From the NCBI GenBank assembly GCA_028534125.1, contig CM052816.1, positions 49,602,001-49,666,000 of the forward strand: a DNA stretch of 64,000 bases, written 5' to 3'. The notes below the pieces were generated by a model. It saw nothing but the letters and a program-made list of their open reading frames with translations, did not search any database and was not told the DNA's origin. Positions 39,281 through 52,055 of the stretch are shown one piece after another. Source of the DNA: Lama glama. Lineage: Eukaryota. The translations under genes and the position numbers were made by a program. The first letter of the stretch is position 1; each line of letters opens with the position of its first letter.

Positions 39281-40499
39281 AAGCAGTTTAGGTATTTTAA
39301 CAAGGTCTGTTGTTGTAACAGAAATTCCACAAATTCCTGGCCATTGCAAGTCTCCAGAAAAGTACACAGTGACCCCAAAGTGTCAGAGCCAGGAGGCACT
39401 CTTTAATTTTTACTGGTGGTTGAAAATCTGGCTCTGAGTGAAGTATCCACCTTTGCCTTACTCATTCCTGACACCATGGTCTTAATCATCGTCACCCCAT
39501 TATTCAGGGCTTACGTATACTCATTACCCACTCTGGGCCACGTACCATTCCCCTGTTCCCCTCCCCCTGATCAATACCCTGCACTTCCTTCAAGACTCAG
39601 AATATATGAAGCAGCCTTGTAACAGCTTCCCTGATGGCTGATGGTCCACTGTGGCCTCCCTTCTTGCTTCCTAAACCCCTACAGCGGTTAAGGACCCACA
39701 CCACTCATTTGGCACTTACGTTGAACCATACTTCTAAGAAGAAATCATCACAAGTAGACATATTTTGTTACACTTATCAGGATAAATAACATTGAGGATA
39801 AAGTACTGTCCTTTGGGAGGCATGTGTAGACATGTCATATTTCATATTTATTCAGCCCACCTCCCCTAACCTACTGCTGATGTCAGTGTGCAGTTGGGTT
39901 GATCCTTAAACCAGAGGTTGGGAAACTCCAAATCTAAGTTTCAATGAGTAATCCCGGTACAATGGCACAAAATTCCTTTTACATGTCTGAGCTTTGTTTT
40001 CTTCATATTGTGAAGAAATGTTTAGTTTCAGTTATCTTTAGTAGCCTTAAAGTCCCTCTGAAACCAGTAAGTCACCATTTGTTTGTCCCAGTATAAGCGA
40101 GGTTGCTCTGTACAGCTGGTACTGGGTAGTGCCTGCCTGCCTTTGACTTCCAATGTGGTTGGCTATGAATTCTGTCAAGAGAACCATCAAGTTTGGAAAA
40201 ATAGAATGAATCATTCTTGTCCACATTCTTCACAGTGGAACATCCAAGTCTTTTCTCTCATACCTTACACCATATTAAATAAGCTCATTAATCCACATAA
40301 TTGTGTTGAATTTCAAGGCTTATTTTGAAGTACAAAGAAAGTCTCCTTACTACACTTGGTCTCCTATAAGATGCTAAACCCATGTTAGAAATTACAGCGG
40401 GAAGCCAGACGCTGAGGGTTTCAATTTAGAACAGGGATTTTGTGGTCTAAACAAACTGGTCCCTATTCTCTGAAGTGCATCATTATTAGAAGCAGGAGA

Positions 40500-40635
40500 G
40501 AATGGAGGGAAAGGGTCTGGACTTGGAATCAATTCCGAGACCTGGATTTGAGATCTACCTTTAAATTATTGGGTAAGTGACCTTGAGTCAGTCCCTTGAC
40601 CTTTCTGTGATTGAAGACATATAAATAGAGGAATT
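40500..40635 (+). mobile_element. MIR remnant
   Basis: aatggagggaaagggtctggacttggaatc..gagacctggatttgag..gtgaccttgag. Confidence 0.55.
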
Positions 40636-40907
40636 GAACTAGAAATAAATGATCTTTGGTTCATACAAGCTTGGAGAGTATTATGACTAAATGGGTAGCT
40701 TACAAAGGCTATCAAGCCTTCCTCTTTATAGATAAAATTGAAAAGGATTATATATTGAGAAAGCAAATTTAGAAGTGCTGGAAGCCCTGAGAGCTTTTCT
40801 AGGTGGGAGATGCAGAAAAGCAGCTTTTTGTTCCCTTGCAAGAGCTTCTAGGGATTTGGGTTTGTGTTTCATAGTGGTAGTAGTTTTATGGGCCAACTAT
40901 GATCTAG

Positions 40908-41066
40908 AACCTTGCTACTCAAATTGTGGTCATGCATTTGCATTGCCTGAAAGCTTGTTGGAAATGCAGATGACCAGGTGTCACCTCAAATGAGCTAAAT
41001 CAGAATCTGAGTTTCAGAACGATCCCCAGTTGACTCCCACACATACTGAAGTTTGCTAAATACTGC
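40908..41066. mobile_element. MER5-like hAT-Charlie MITE
   Basis: tgctactcaaattgtggtc..agcttgttggaaatgcaga..aatcagaatctg..gaagtttg..tactg, preceded by atctagaa. Confidence 0.65.
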
Positions 41067-41473
41067 ACGAGGCTTTCAGTAGCCAAGAGGAATCATCTTA
41101 CAGCAGGTAGCAACTTCTCTATTCAGTTACATAACAATATATGCAAAATATTTATTATGTTTTCTGTTAAACAAAACTATATTGAAAATCAATGAAAATG
41201 AGGGCTATATCAAAATATGAACATTTCATTTAGAGAAAGAATTGGAAAAAAATTCTTCATACATCCATATTACAGGATGGCTTATTAATTCAGCTCTGTA
41301 GGACAATGTGTATTAAGTATCTTTCGGAATATAGCTAAATAGCTAAAGAATTTTAAGTTTCATGATACAGGAGCAACAGATACATAGTTATTAGTTTAGT
41401 TTAACAACTATTTTGTCAATATATTACAAATTAGAAAAAATGCTTCCAGTGCTGGCATTAATCTTACCTACAT

Positions 41474-42340
41474 ATTTTTTTAATTAGATTTCAGTTTTTA
41501 GAACAGTTTCAGGTTTACAAACAAATTAAGCAGAGAGTACAAAGAGTTCCCATATCCCTCCTCCTACAGAGTGTCTTCAATCATTAAATCTCTTGCATTA
41601 ATTTAGTATGTTTGTTATAATTGGTGAACTGATACTAATACATTATTATTAACTAAAGTCCATAGTTTATATTAGGGTGTACTGTGTGTATCGTATAGTT
41701 CTGTGGGTTTTGAAAACTGCATAATATCATGCATCCCACTACAGCCTCACACAAAATAGTTTTACTAACCTAAAAATCTTCTGTGCTCTGCCTGTTCATC
41801 CCTTCCTCCTACCCCCAATCTTGGCAACCACTGACCTTTTTTACTGTCTCTGTGATTTTGCCACTTCCAAGATGTCATATAGTTGGTATCCTACATTAAG
41901 TAGCTGGAATCATATCATATGCAGACTTTCCAGACTAATTTGTTTCACTTACTGATATGCATTTAAGTTTCCTTCATGTCTTTTTGTGACTTGATAGCTT
42001 TTTTCTCATAATCAAGGCATAATACTCCATTTTATGGATGCACTACAGCTTGTTTATTCACCTGTTGAAGAACATCTTGGTTACTTTGGCAATTATGAAT
42101 AAAGCGGCTTTAAACATTCATGTGCAGGTTTTTATATGGACATAAGTTTTTGACCCATTTGAGTAAATACCTAGGAGTGCAATTGCTGGGTTGTTTAGTA
42201 AGAGTACATTTAGTTTTGTAAGAAACTGCCAAACTATCTTCCACAGTGGATGTACCATTTGGTATATTTACCAGCAATGGATGGAAGTTCCATATCCTCC
42301 CAGGCACTTGTTATTGTCAGTGTTTTGGATCTTGGCTATT
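41474..42340 (-). mobile_element. Ancient L1 (L1MB/L1MC-like) 3' end
   Basis: ttttagaacagtttcaggtttaca..gcagagagtacaaagagttcccata; gagtaaatacctaggagtgcaattgctgg; aagaaactgccaaactatcttcca. Confidence 0.85.
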
Positions 42341-43354
42341 ACATACGCTTTTTTTGGTAATGAAAATAGCATGACGTTGTAATTTTATAAGGCTAATAAT
42401 GATTGGTTTTTATATAGAATTATCAAATTGTGCATGCACTTAAAATGCCACACAATAATGTAAACCATACATGTGTGTATGTGTGTGTGTAAATTATAAG
42501 ATGAAAATTATAGGATATATTGAACACTACTAACATTGTCTAGAGGTTAGACTTTTGAAAGGCAATTTTTAAGCAAGCACTTTCCTGCTGGGAGCTGCAT
42601 TTTGGGCCAGCTGGAAGTAACCATATCTTATTTGTCGCCTAGTGACAAATCTAATGCCTTAGGGAAGGATTGTTTCTTCATCCCCAGGACTCTTTGGCCA
42701 TCTTATTACTGAAGGAATTCTACGTTCCTCCCTACCTGTGCATAGCCCTGCAGCCTTCAGTTCCTTTTAAGAGCACATTTTCTTGGTTCCTGTTCTTTGA
42801 GAAAAGAGAGCTGATGTAGGTGCCCACCAAGCCCCAAAAGAAAAGGGTCGGCTTAAAGAAGGGCCCATGTTATCAAATTAGCTCAAGATAACATGCTTTC
42901 TAACTCCTTTTTGAACTGAGAAACTTGGCCAGAAAAACACAGATTCTAAAGCTTTCCTCTTTGTATATTATGCTCAATACTCTAAACCAGTTTGGTCTTA
43001 ATTTTATACTATTAATAGATGCATACAGTCAACAAATATTTACTGGGGCCATAAGTCATTTTACTTCTTTAATTTATATATTTCACTTTTCTCACAGTTA
43101 GCCGATGGTATTTGCTGTTTTGACAATCATTGTAAATTGGACTAATTGCATTTTTGACAATTACATGTGTTTTCTGGTAGGTGGTTCTTGCTAAACAAAC
43201 AGGATCTGGTCCCTCCTCAGCCCTATTGAATCAGAATCTTTGGTTGGTACCCTGGAGATAATTAAAAGTATCCATGTGGTCCTTAGGTATACTAAGCCTG
43301 AGGACTACTGGCTAAAAGAATGACCTTTAATTTCCAAATCATACTGGAGTAAGC

Positions 43355-43625
43355 ATGCTATTAGGGAAAGAATTTTGGATTAGACCTGGGTTTTTGATGC
43401 AGTTCTATCTTGATCAGTTGATGAAGCATCAGTTAGCATTTTATGGTCCTGTGCTTCAGCGTTCTCATTTGGCAATTCGGTTCAGTTCAAAATGCTTAGA
43501 ACTTCATACTAATGTGTCTATAAAAAGTGGAATTAACGGTCCTTTGTCCTGCTTCCCTAATTAGGATATTTGTTAGAATAAAATGAGAAGTTTTAGAACA
43601 TACTTTACATATCTTAAAGGGTAAG
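43355..43625 (+). mobile_element. MIR remnant
   Basis: gaattttggattagacctgggttt...ttgttagaataaaatgaga. Confidence 0.45.
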
Positions 43626-44128
43626 CTATGCCTAATAGATGAATATTTTAAAATATAATGGGGTTTCTTATTGGTCTTTAATTTTTCTCTTCCCTTAAAA
43701 ACATTTTAATCATAATTTTTTCTAGAAAAGAATGAGTTGTGGGACAGGTGGAAGCCCACTTTGGAGCTTTTTGTTTTTCTAGGAGAATTCCTCTCTTCCA
43801 TTCTTAATTCTAATACGTAATTATTATTTTCTTAAATTACTCTTTCTAATTTTAGCCTGATAGCATCTTTATTTGAACTTTTCCACTAAAGGACCAATTT
43901 TCCCTAATAAAGTACTCACTTCAAAACTGTCTGGAAACTTTACCTGGAGTTATTACTGACACCTGCAAGCTGTATAACTACAGTGGCTAAATAAAGACCT
44001 CCAAGGAGACTTCCAAAATAGACTTGCCTCCAACCTGGAAAAATTTTCTGACTGTAGATGGAGAATTCAAATTTTCCTGATCACTGAGGCTTTTGCAGGT
44101 CATTGTTAGCCACCTTAACCCTATCAGC

Positions 44129-44498
44129 CAAAGGTTCTCAAACTTGGTGTGCATATGAATCATTTGGGAATGAAGATAAATATTCAGACTCCTCTTGTCA
44201 TCCATAGAGATTCCAATTTAACAGATGTAATTTTGGACCAGGTCTGACTATTAACTGTTACTGTAGTGAAACTGACACAGATGATTCTAGAACACCAGTT
44301 CTCACCTTGGTTGCACATTAGAATCACCTTGGGACTTATAAAAAATACTGATGCCTGGCTTCTACCCCAGAGATTCTGATTTAATTGGTCTGGGATATGG
44401 TCTAAGCATTAGGAGATTTTGAAAGCTCCCCAGATGACTCTAATGTGCAGCCAAGGCTGGGAGTCAGCGTTCTAGAGTCATACTGTGAGGAATTACTA
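44129..44498. mobile_element. MER5-like MITE (outer element)
   Basis: caaaggttctcaaacttggtgtgcatatgaatcatttgg ... catactgtgaggaattacta resemble degenerate MER5 termini. Confidence 0.6.
44293..44469. mobile_element. MER5A/B-like MITE (inner element) with 8-bp TSD
   Basis: ggttgcacattagaatcacc..agagattctgatttaattggtctggg..ctaatgtgcagcca. TSD TTCTAGAA (44285-44292) / TTCTAGAG (44470-44477). Confidence 0.88.
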
Positions 44499-45651
44499 TG
44501 CCTTGAAGAAACCAAGCAGGGAAATACTCAAAGAGAAACGAAGCTTAGAATACACAAATATAATTCCACACTAAATGGATAATCAGGCAACCCTATTGAA
44601 TTTTGCCATTTTGCTTAATAGAATGGAAATCATCTTACAGCAAGAACCCTCAACTGATTGAAAGAATCAGGCCAGAGGAAAGTATCAGCTTACTGTTCTT
44701 AAAATATGTTATCCCTTAATCAGTCTGCAGTAGTCAGAGTTCCAAGGCATTTTTGTTTTCTTGTTTTCATTCTTTGCAGGAGCCTCACAAAGAGCACAGT
44801 CCTGGCAGATATATGTAATAGGTATTTACACAGAAACACTGTTCAAATATAGACAGTCTGTGACTTTTGCAATGAAATATTCTGATATTGTCAAACTCAA
44901 AATATTTGAAAATTGCTACTTTAAATCACAGTTAAACGTTCTTGTTTTCCTGTTACTTATTAAAAGAAATTTGACTGTCAGGAAACCATAAACTCTGAAG
45001 AAAAATACATTAAACCAAACTAGTCAGAAAGGTTATACTCCTGAAGGTGGTGTATGTCCACTAATAAGCCTGACCTTCTAGGACTGGTTCACTCGCGATT
45101 TCATAAAGGATCTCTCCAGGAATAGAGCTAGTACCACAGACACAGTTTAAAAAATAAATTTGTTGCATGTAATCCAAATTTCCCAGGCCTCTCTGTTTGT
45201 GGTGGTGCTAGCTTGATTTCTAAATTCCTGTTGCTCTCAGCCACCATTTTCCATACCATTTGCCCCATTGGGCCTCATTCTCCCCTGAAGTCTCCCCAAC
45301 TTAGGAATTTATTTACTTATTTACACATTTGACAAATATTTTTTGAGAGCTTGCTTTCTATTTTGCCAGCTTGCCACACGTGCTTAGGAGCGGGTGCTGG
45401 ACGCTCCCTGGCTCTACTGCCGGCCCCACCTTGAAAACACCACTAAGGGGCCGGCTGCTCTCTCCTCTGCGGGTGGCCCCCCAGGCCCCTGAAGCTGCAC
45501 GTGGCCTGAGAAAGTGTCAGGCCAAGTCCAGCTGTGTGAACAACATTGGGTACTGCTGGGTTCTGTGGGGCTGGAGAGTCACGCGACATTTCCCAGAACT
45601 CATACATCCTTTTATGGACCCAACTGCTCAACTATCTGTCCTAACTGCTCC

Positions 45652-45940
45652 TTTTTTTTTTTAATTGAAATATAATTGACATATAACATTAGATTCATTT
45701 CGGGTGTACAATCTACATTTTTTTTCTTGTGGTGAGATCTTTTAAGATCTACTCTCATCAACTTTCAAACATGCAGTACTGTGTTACTAACTATAGTCAT
45801 CATGCTGTACGTGACATCCCCAGGACTGACTTCTCTTATCACTGGAAGTTTGTATCTTTGACCTCCCTCATCCATTTCACCCACCCCCTCCCCAGCCCCT
45901 GCCTGTGGCATCCATCAATTTGTTTTCTTTATCTGTGTTT
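45652..45940 (-). mobile_element. Short L1 (L1MA-like) 3'UTR fragment
   Basis: Poly-T followed by aattgaaatataattgacatataacatt..ttaagatctactctc..ctatagtcatcatgctgtac..actggaagtttgta. Confidence 0.8.
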
Positions 45941-45947
45941 GTTGTCC

Positions 45948-46690
45948 TTGTCTACCTGAAGATAGTGTCGGATACCACAGATTAAGGGCTCAGTCCCATA
46001 AGACTGCTCCCACCCCACTTTGGATGCCAGTGGAAAGTAGTAGGTCCCCAGGTTAGCAACAGCTTCTGTCAGATTTGGCTACAAATAGGAGGTTCCTGCA
46101 ACCCCCTCCTCAAGTTCTATTAATTTGCTATAGTCCCACAGAACTCAGGGAAATACTTTACCAGCGTGTTAAAAGATATGATAAAGGATACAGATGAAAG
46201 CCCAGAGGGAGGTCAGGGAGGGTCCTGAGCACAGGAGCTTCAATCCCCATGGAGTTGCGGTGTGTCACCTTCCCAGGATGCATGTGTTCTCCAACCTAGA
46301 AACTCTCCAAACCTAGTACTTCAGGGATTTTTACGGAGGCTTCCTCACATAGGCGTGATTGATCATTAATTCCATTTTCAGTCATCCTCCTTTCTCAAGA
46401 GAATGGGGTGTGTGTCTGAAAATTCCAAGCTTCTCATCATGGCTTGGTCTTTATGGTGACCAGCCCTTATCCAAGAGCCAGCCAAGAACCTTCCCAGAGT
46501 TCCCTCATTAGAACAAAGCCACTCTTATCACCCAAGAAATTACAAGAATTTCAGGAGCTTGTGTGAGGAACCAGGCTCAGAGGCCAAGTATTAGGATAAA
46601 AGATACTTCCCATTACTTAGGAAATTACAAGGGTCTTGTAACCTTTATGCTAGGAACTGGGGACAAAGACCAGTGTGACCTAGTGCCACA
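45948..46690 (-). mobile_element. MER21-like ERV LTR
   Basis: ttaagggctcagtcccataagactgc; ttggctacaaat-ggaggttcc; ggtctttatggtgaccagccc; aggaactggggacaaagacca. Confidence 0.72.
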
Positions 46691-46734
46691 TGTCATAGGA
46701 CTTCCTTTCTAATGGAGGAAAGAATACAAAATAG

Positions 46735-47460
46735 GACACACACATTTACCATATGGCTCAGCAGTTGCACTTTTGGACATTTATCCCAGAGAAATGAAAA
46801 CCTAAATTCACACAAATATTTGTATGTGGATGTTCATAGCAGCTTTATTGGTAATACCCAGAATCTAAGAGTGGCCCACATGTTCTTCAACAGGTGAATG
46901 GTTAAACAAACATTGGTACATACATTCTCTGGAATACTTACTTCCCAGCAATGAAAAGGAAGGAACTGTTGATAAATAAAACTTAGATAATTCTCCAGGA
47001 GATTAAGCTGAGTGGGTTAAAAAAAAAAATCAACCCCAAGAGGATACATACTGGATGATTCCAATTAAATAGTATTTTTTAAATGACAGAATTTTAGAAA
47101 GGGAGGACAGACTGCCAAGTGTTGGGGAAGTAATAGAGGAAGGTTAATGTTGTCTTAAATGGACAAAATGAGTTATCCTTGTGGTGTTGGAATTATTCAG
47201 TGTATTGCTGGAATGATAGATCCACAAACCTACATGTGTGATAGTATTGTATAGAATTACATACACATAAATCAGTAAAACTGGAGCAAAATGAGTAAGA
47301 TTGATATAGTAATATCACTAATTTAGTTGTGCTTTTATATTATAGTTTTGCAAAATGTTAACCATTGAGAACTGGGTAAAGTGTACACGATATTTCTTTG
47401 CATTATTTTTTACAAATGCATGTGATTCTACAATTATTTCAATACAAATGTCAATCAATA
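46735..47460 (+). mobile_element. Ancient L1MC-like 3' end
   Basis: catttatcccagagaaatgaaaac; gatgttcatagcagctttatt; tatagttttgcaaaatgttaaccattg..ctgggtaaagtgtac; gcatgtgattctacaattatttc. Confidence 0.85.
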
Positions 47461-47529
47461 AGTAATGTAGTATATAACACATAGTAATACAGTAGTAGTA
47501 TATAATATCAACTGTAATAATATGTATTA

Positions 47530-48010
47530 TAAGGATAAGGACTAGGGAGCAGAGGTGTTTTATATCTTAGAGCATGGCTACAGGTTCTCCCATTAAGCGA
47601 CGCTTGAGCAGACACGTGAATGAAGTCAGGAGGCCAGGCAGTTAAACCAGAGGGAGTAGCAGGAGCTAGAGTCCTAAGAGGGGTGTGTGCTTGGAGCACA
47701 GTGAGGGATGAGGCTGGGAGGCAGAAAGGAGATCTAACTGAGAGTCAAGGGTGGATCATGTAGGGCCCTTAAAGCCACAAAGAGGACTTTTTGTTTTATT
47801 GAAATTGTAAAAGAGCAGTTTGGGAGAGGGTGGAGAGCAAGGGAACGTGTTAAATAATTTCTGTTTGAAGAATGACTCTGACACCTGGTGAAGCATAAAG
47901 TCTTGTTGGGGGCAAGATGATGGCAGCTTGGACAGAGGTGGAAATGAAGGCTTGAGAGGAGCTGAACAACATTCAGATTTGGAAAATCATTTCAAGTGGA
48001 TTACCTGAGG
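47530..48010 (-). mobile_element. L2 fragment
   Basis: ggatcatgtagggcccttaaagccac..aggacttt and gatgatggcagcttggac..ggtgg motifs. Confidence 0.55.
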
Positions 48011-48279
48011 GTCATAAATACTTGCTTTTTTTATAGTTAATTTCAGTAGCTGTAGAATTATTATTTACTTTTGCTTAATTTCTTGTCATAGACTTGGGCA
48101 GAATATTATCATTTTCATTATGCCTTGTTATTGGCATTTGTTTCTAGTCTCTAACAGCATCATTAGGACAGAAGCTAGAATCTAAAAAACTTATGTATAT
48201 GTACACATATATGCATATATAATCGATGCTTTAAATATACATGATATTTAAGATATTGAATTTTCAAATTTCATATTTT

Positions 48280-48440
48280 TTTCCAACTTTTTTTTTTGGT
48301 GTTTGCTGCTGTTGTTGTTTTTGTATATAGAGGGGGTGGGCAATTAGGTTTATTTACTTGTTTTTACAGGAGGTACTGCTGAACCCAGGAACTTGTGTAT
48401 GCTAAGCATGCACTCTACCATGTGAGCTATACCCTCCCCC
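48280..48440 (-). mobile_element. tRNA-derived camelid SINE (Vic-1 type)
   Basis: Minus strand GGGGGAGGGTATAGCTCACATGGTAGAGTGCATGCTTAGCATACACAAGTTCCTGGGTTC. TSD ttcatatttt (48270-48279) / ttgatatttt (48441-48450). Confidence 0.88.
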
Positions 48441-48964
48441 TTGATATTTTAAATGAAACTGATTATCTTCAGATATATTGTGTCAGTTAATCTTTCATAT
48501 TAGCTGAGTCATACATTTTAAAGAAAACATTATAACAGAAGTGGTATGTAAATAAAGACTAATACAATTACATACTAAAATACAATAGTGATTTTGAAAA
48601 AGAGGCCATCATTTACATTTTAATGGGAAATCTGGAAATCGCAATTGCATTGAGTGGATATTTACTGATATCAGCCTTTAGACTGTAATGTGATTGATTT
48701 TGCTCTCATGATTCCGAATTGACTTTGCAGTCATGCTATAGCCTGTAAGTTGAGAAAAATTTGAGGCAATATATTCTTTGGAATTAAATTATCCCGAGAT
48801 ATTCAGAAAGTTTTACCCATTTTATATGATACATTTTGAGCTAGAATATTTCTAAATGAGTATTCTTCCCTTCAACCATATGAAAAAGACTCTTTTCGTG
48901 TTAAGCAAAGGAATTGTCTCTAATTCTTGCTAAATGAAACGAGGATAGTTTATTTGAATCATTA

Positions 48965-49200
48965 AGGCATGATTGTTAAGAAGGCAGAGAACTTAAATGT
49001 AAAAGAGACTCAGGCTTGAGTTCTGTCTGTTATTAACAGGTCATATCAATTTGAACTAATGATTCTGCTAAGCCTTGGTTTTCTCCTGTGTGAAACAGAA
49101 ATAACTGGACCCTGTGCCTACTTTTAGGTCCAGCTTGATGATGCCCAGACAATTTAATTTATATGAAAATGTTATGTGAAACTTAGAAGACTGTACATCA
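48965..49200 (+). mobile_element. MIR remnant
   Basis: ggcatgattgttaagaa..ctaagccttggttttctcctgtgtgaaacagaaataa. Confidence 0.55.
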
Positions 49201-49559
49201 TAACTATCATTATTTCTATGATTAGTTTTCAAAATACTTTTTCTTTAATCATAGTAGAAAAAATTGGCACTAGAATAAAACTAACATAAATACTGATTTT
49301 ATCTGAGCTAATTTTGCAGCAGAGAGGATGGGAACATCAGATGCCTCAATTTAAAAAACAAAATCTTGTCATTGAGAGTGTACACCTTCTCAGTAGCTAG
49401 GGTAAAAGGGAGAGAGGAAGGATAAAAGAGAGAGAGAATTAACGAATGAATGAGACACATTAGTACTTTCATTCCGTTTGTGTGCTTCCCAATAAAGCTC
49501 CTTAGAAGAGTTATCTCAAGTCAGTGCCTCTGTATGCTCTGTGATTACTTAAAGACAAT

Positions 49560-50305
49560 ATCCAGATTCTAATCACCTCTTACTACCTCCACTTTTTCCC
49601 TAAGGCACCATTATCCATTAGGACATACTCTTAAGGATCATGGTGTCTCTGCACTTGTCCTTAGTCTGTTTTCAAAACAACAACCAGAGTGGTCCTCTTA
49701 AAACACAACTCATCGTAGGTCATTTCTGTGTGTAAAACTCTCCACGGTTTCCTAGTGCACTTGAGGAAAGATCCAAATCCCTGTATAGACCAAAAGAGAT
49801 GGATGCATTCTGTTCCTAGCCATCTATGGCCTTATCACCAACCACGCTCTGTGGTGCTGGTTTAGCTGTGGTCACACCACTCTAGTTGCCCTTGAATGTG
49901 TCACACCCGCTTCCAGTCTGGGGCCTTTGCATTTGTGTTAGCTTGCCTGACTGGTCTTTCTTAGATAACCACAAGGCTCTCTCCTTTTCTTTTCCATATT
50001 AGATCTTTGCACAAGTGGTAATTTTCCAGAGCGCCTTTCTCCAGCTACCCTGAATAAAATATCATTTTGTAAAACCTTCCTCTGCCATCTGTACTCTCCA
50101 ACCCTTTTACTCTATTTTTTAGCACTCCTCACCACCTAACATATTATATATTTATTTTTTATTGTTTTTATTGTTTTCCTCTTCTCTGCAAAGTAAGCTT
50201 CCTATGAGCAAGGGCTTGATTTGTTTACTTTTTGTTCTGTTCTCTATGCCCAAAAAGGTCCTAATAGGTGCTCAGTAAATATTTGTTAAATAAATAAGTA
50301 AATAA
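49560..50305 (+). mobile_element. L2a-like 3' fragment
   Basis: caaccagagtggtcctcttaaaa; gggcctttgcatttg; 3' end taataggtgctcagtaaatatttgttaaataaat. Confidence 0.78.
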
Positions 50306-51879
50306 CTGACTCATGAGTCTGTTAAAAAAAATTAACCCTTTAATGTATCATCTGCTAAGACCCCATCTCCCATGATGCTGGACTCGGTGGAAGACCTAAA
50401 ACCTCCAATAAATGGTATTTGCCTTCAATGGCTTGTGAAATTAGGGTGGAGAAAAATAATGTGTCATCTAACAAAAGTCATATGATCAATTAAGTTTGGG
50501 AACAAAGTCTGTTTTTAACTCCTTTGGGAGATTGTCAATAGACTGTCAATAAATTGACTGTCAATTTGACTGATAAATAATTGTTAAATAATTTTTAAAA
50601 CTTGTTTAATAGTGTTTAACTCAGTTATCTGCGAGAGAGGGGAGTGGGAGTGACATCGAAAGCTCAGATGGAAAGTTGACTCTACGCAAAGGAGAGAGTA
50701 TAGATGAAAGCAAAGTGAGGTAGAGATGCTAAAGGTAAGGGGGTTGTTGCCAAACGACTGGTAAATATCTGAGAAGCAAGTGTTCGGTGATGCGGAAAAT
50801 TATTTCAGGGATCCTTTACATCTGTGCATATTCATGCAATTTTGATGCAGATACACACCAAGAGGACCGTCCACCCACACATACTTCTTTAAGAGCATTG
50901 ATTCAGCGTTTACAGTTCACCCAGAAATAATAATGTTCATGTGGCCCTGCCTGTGGTGACTTCCTTTGTCTGAGAGATGGAGTGATGAGCAGTGCTTTCC
51001 ATCAGGATTGTCTAGAGAGACATTGCCACTTTTGCTGCTAGAGTCTTTGCTGTTATTTGTGGTTTACAGTCAGCACACTTTTCTGGGAGTCGGTGTTCTT
51101 CCTGTGTCTCCTTACCAGCTCAGTCCTTTGCTGCCTTTTCCCGGCTGTGTTCGCTTTACTGCTGCGTCTCTTCAGAAGGAACTGAAGAGCTCTGTGAGCT
51201 ACATCCTCGCAGCGCAGACAGTGATCCTTCAAGAGTAGTGTTGTGAGGCTGGCTCTAGCAGCACTTAGAGAGGAATGCGACATAGGAGTTACCCTTGTGG
51301 GAGAAGTGGGTCCTGAGAAGTCATAGTCACACATAAGAGGTAAACACGGTGAGAGGTGATTCTGTCACAGATCAGATGGCTCCGGATCTGTGCCCTTTCC
51401 AGAACTGTGGCAGTTGTATAGTTGCTTTTTTTTTTTAAATACAGCTCTATGTAATCATCTAGTAGGAGAAAGGTACATGAGAATAATTTAATGCGAGTGA
51501 TTTGCATTTGCCTTGCCGTGCACAGACTAGACTATGAAGTCTTTGAGGGCAGGAGTCTAGCCATGTGTCTCCTTTGCCAACCTTTGTATAGCAAGGGTCA
51601 TAGTTAGGGGCACCAGCTGAACCTTATCTCTTGCCAAAATCTAGCCCTGAGCTAACTTCCCTGCTGTTTCCATGTCTCCTCTATATGTCAAATGCTTCAC
51701 CCACGTGAACCACTTGCCATTCCCAGTTCATGTTCCTTGACTGCCCACTGTGCTGCCTCTACTGATGTGCCTTCTGTGCCAGGAGCCCTCCCTCTCTTCA
51801 CTTGTCTGTAATACCAGGCCCAGATCCTCCGCGGGCACTGCTACGATTCCCACTCCTCCCTCAAGCAAGAAAGCCCCTG

Positions 51880-52055
51880 TACTTTACCCCTCCTATGGCA
51901 CTTTTTTCGTATTTCTAATCTGCTTCGTGTTGATGTGTGTACTTCTCATCTCCCCAGGTTGCTTAAAGACAATTTCCCCCTGAACCATCCTTGATTCCTG
52001 ATCATGACCTAGCACTGTGCCTTGCACATAGTAGGTACTCAAAATAAAGTTGACT
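51880..52055 (+). mobile_element. L2 3' end remnant
   Basis: cctagcactgtgccttgcacatagtaggtactcaaaataaagttga. Confidence 0.6.

Noticed and set aside
39083..39437. Poly-Q and poly-C ORFs
   Set aside because: They come from the (GTT)10 SINE tail.
48502..48512. ARE/AP-1-like GCTGAGTCAT and other scattered TGA(C/G)TCA sites
   Set aside because: Isolated short motifs at roughly chance frequency.
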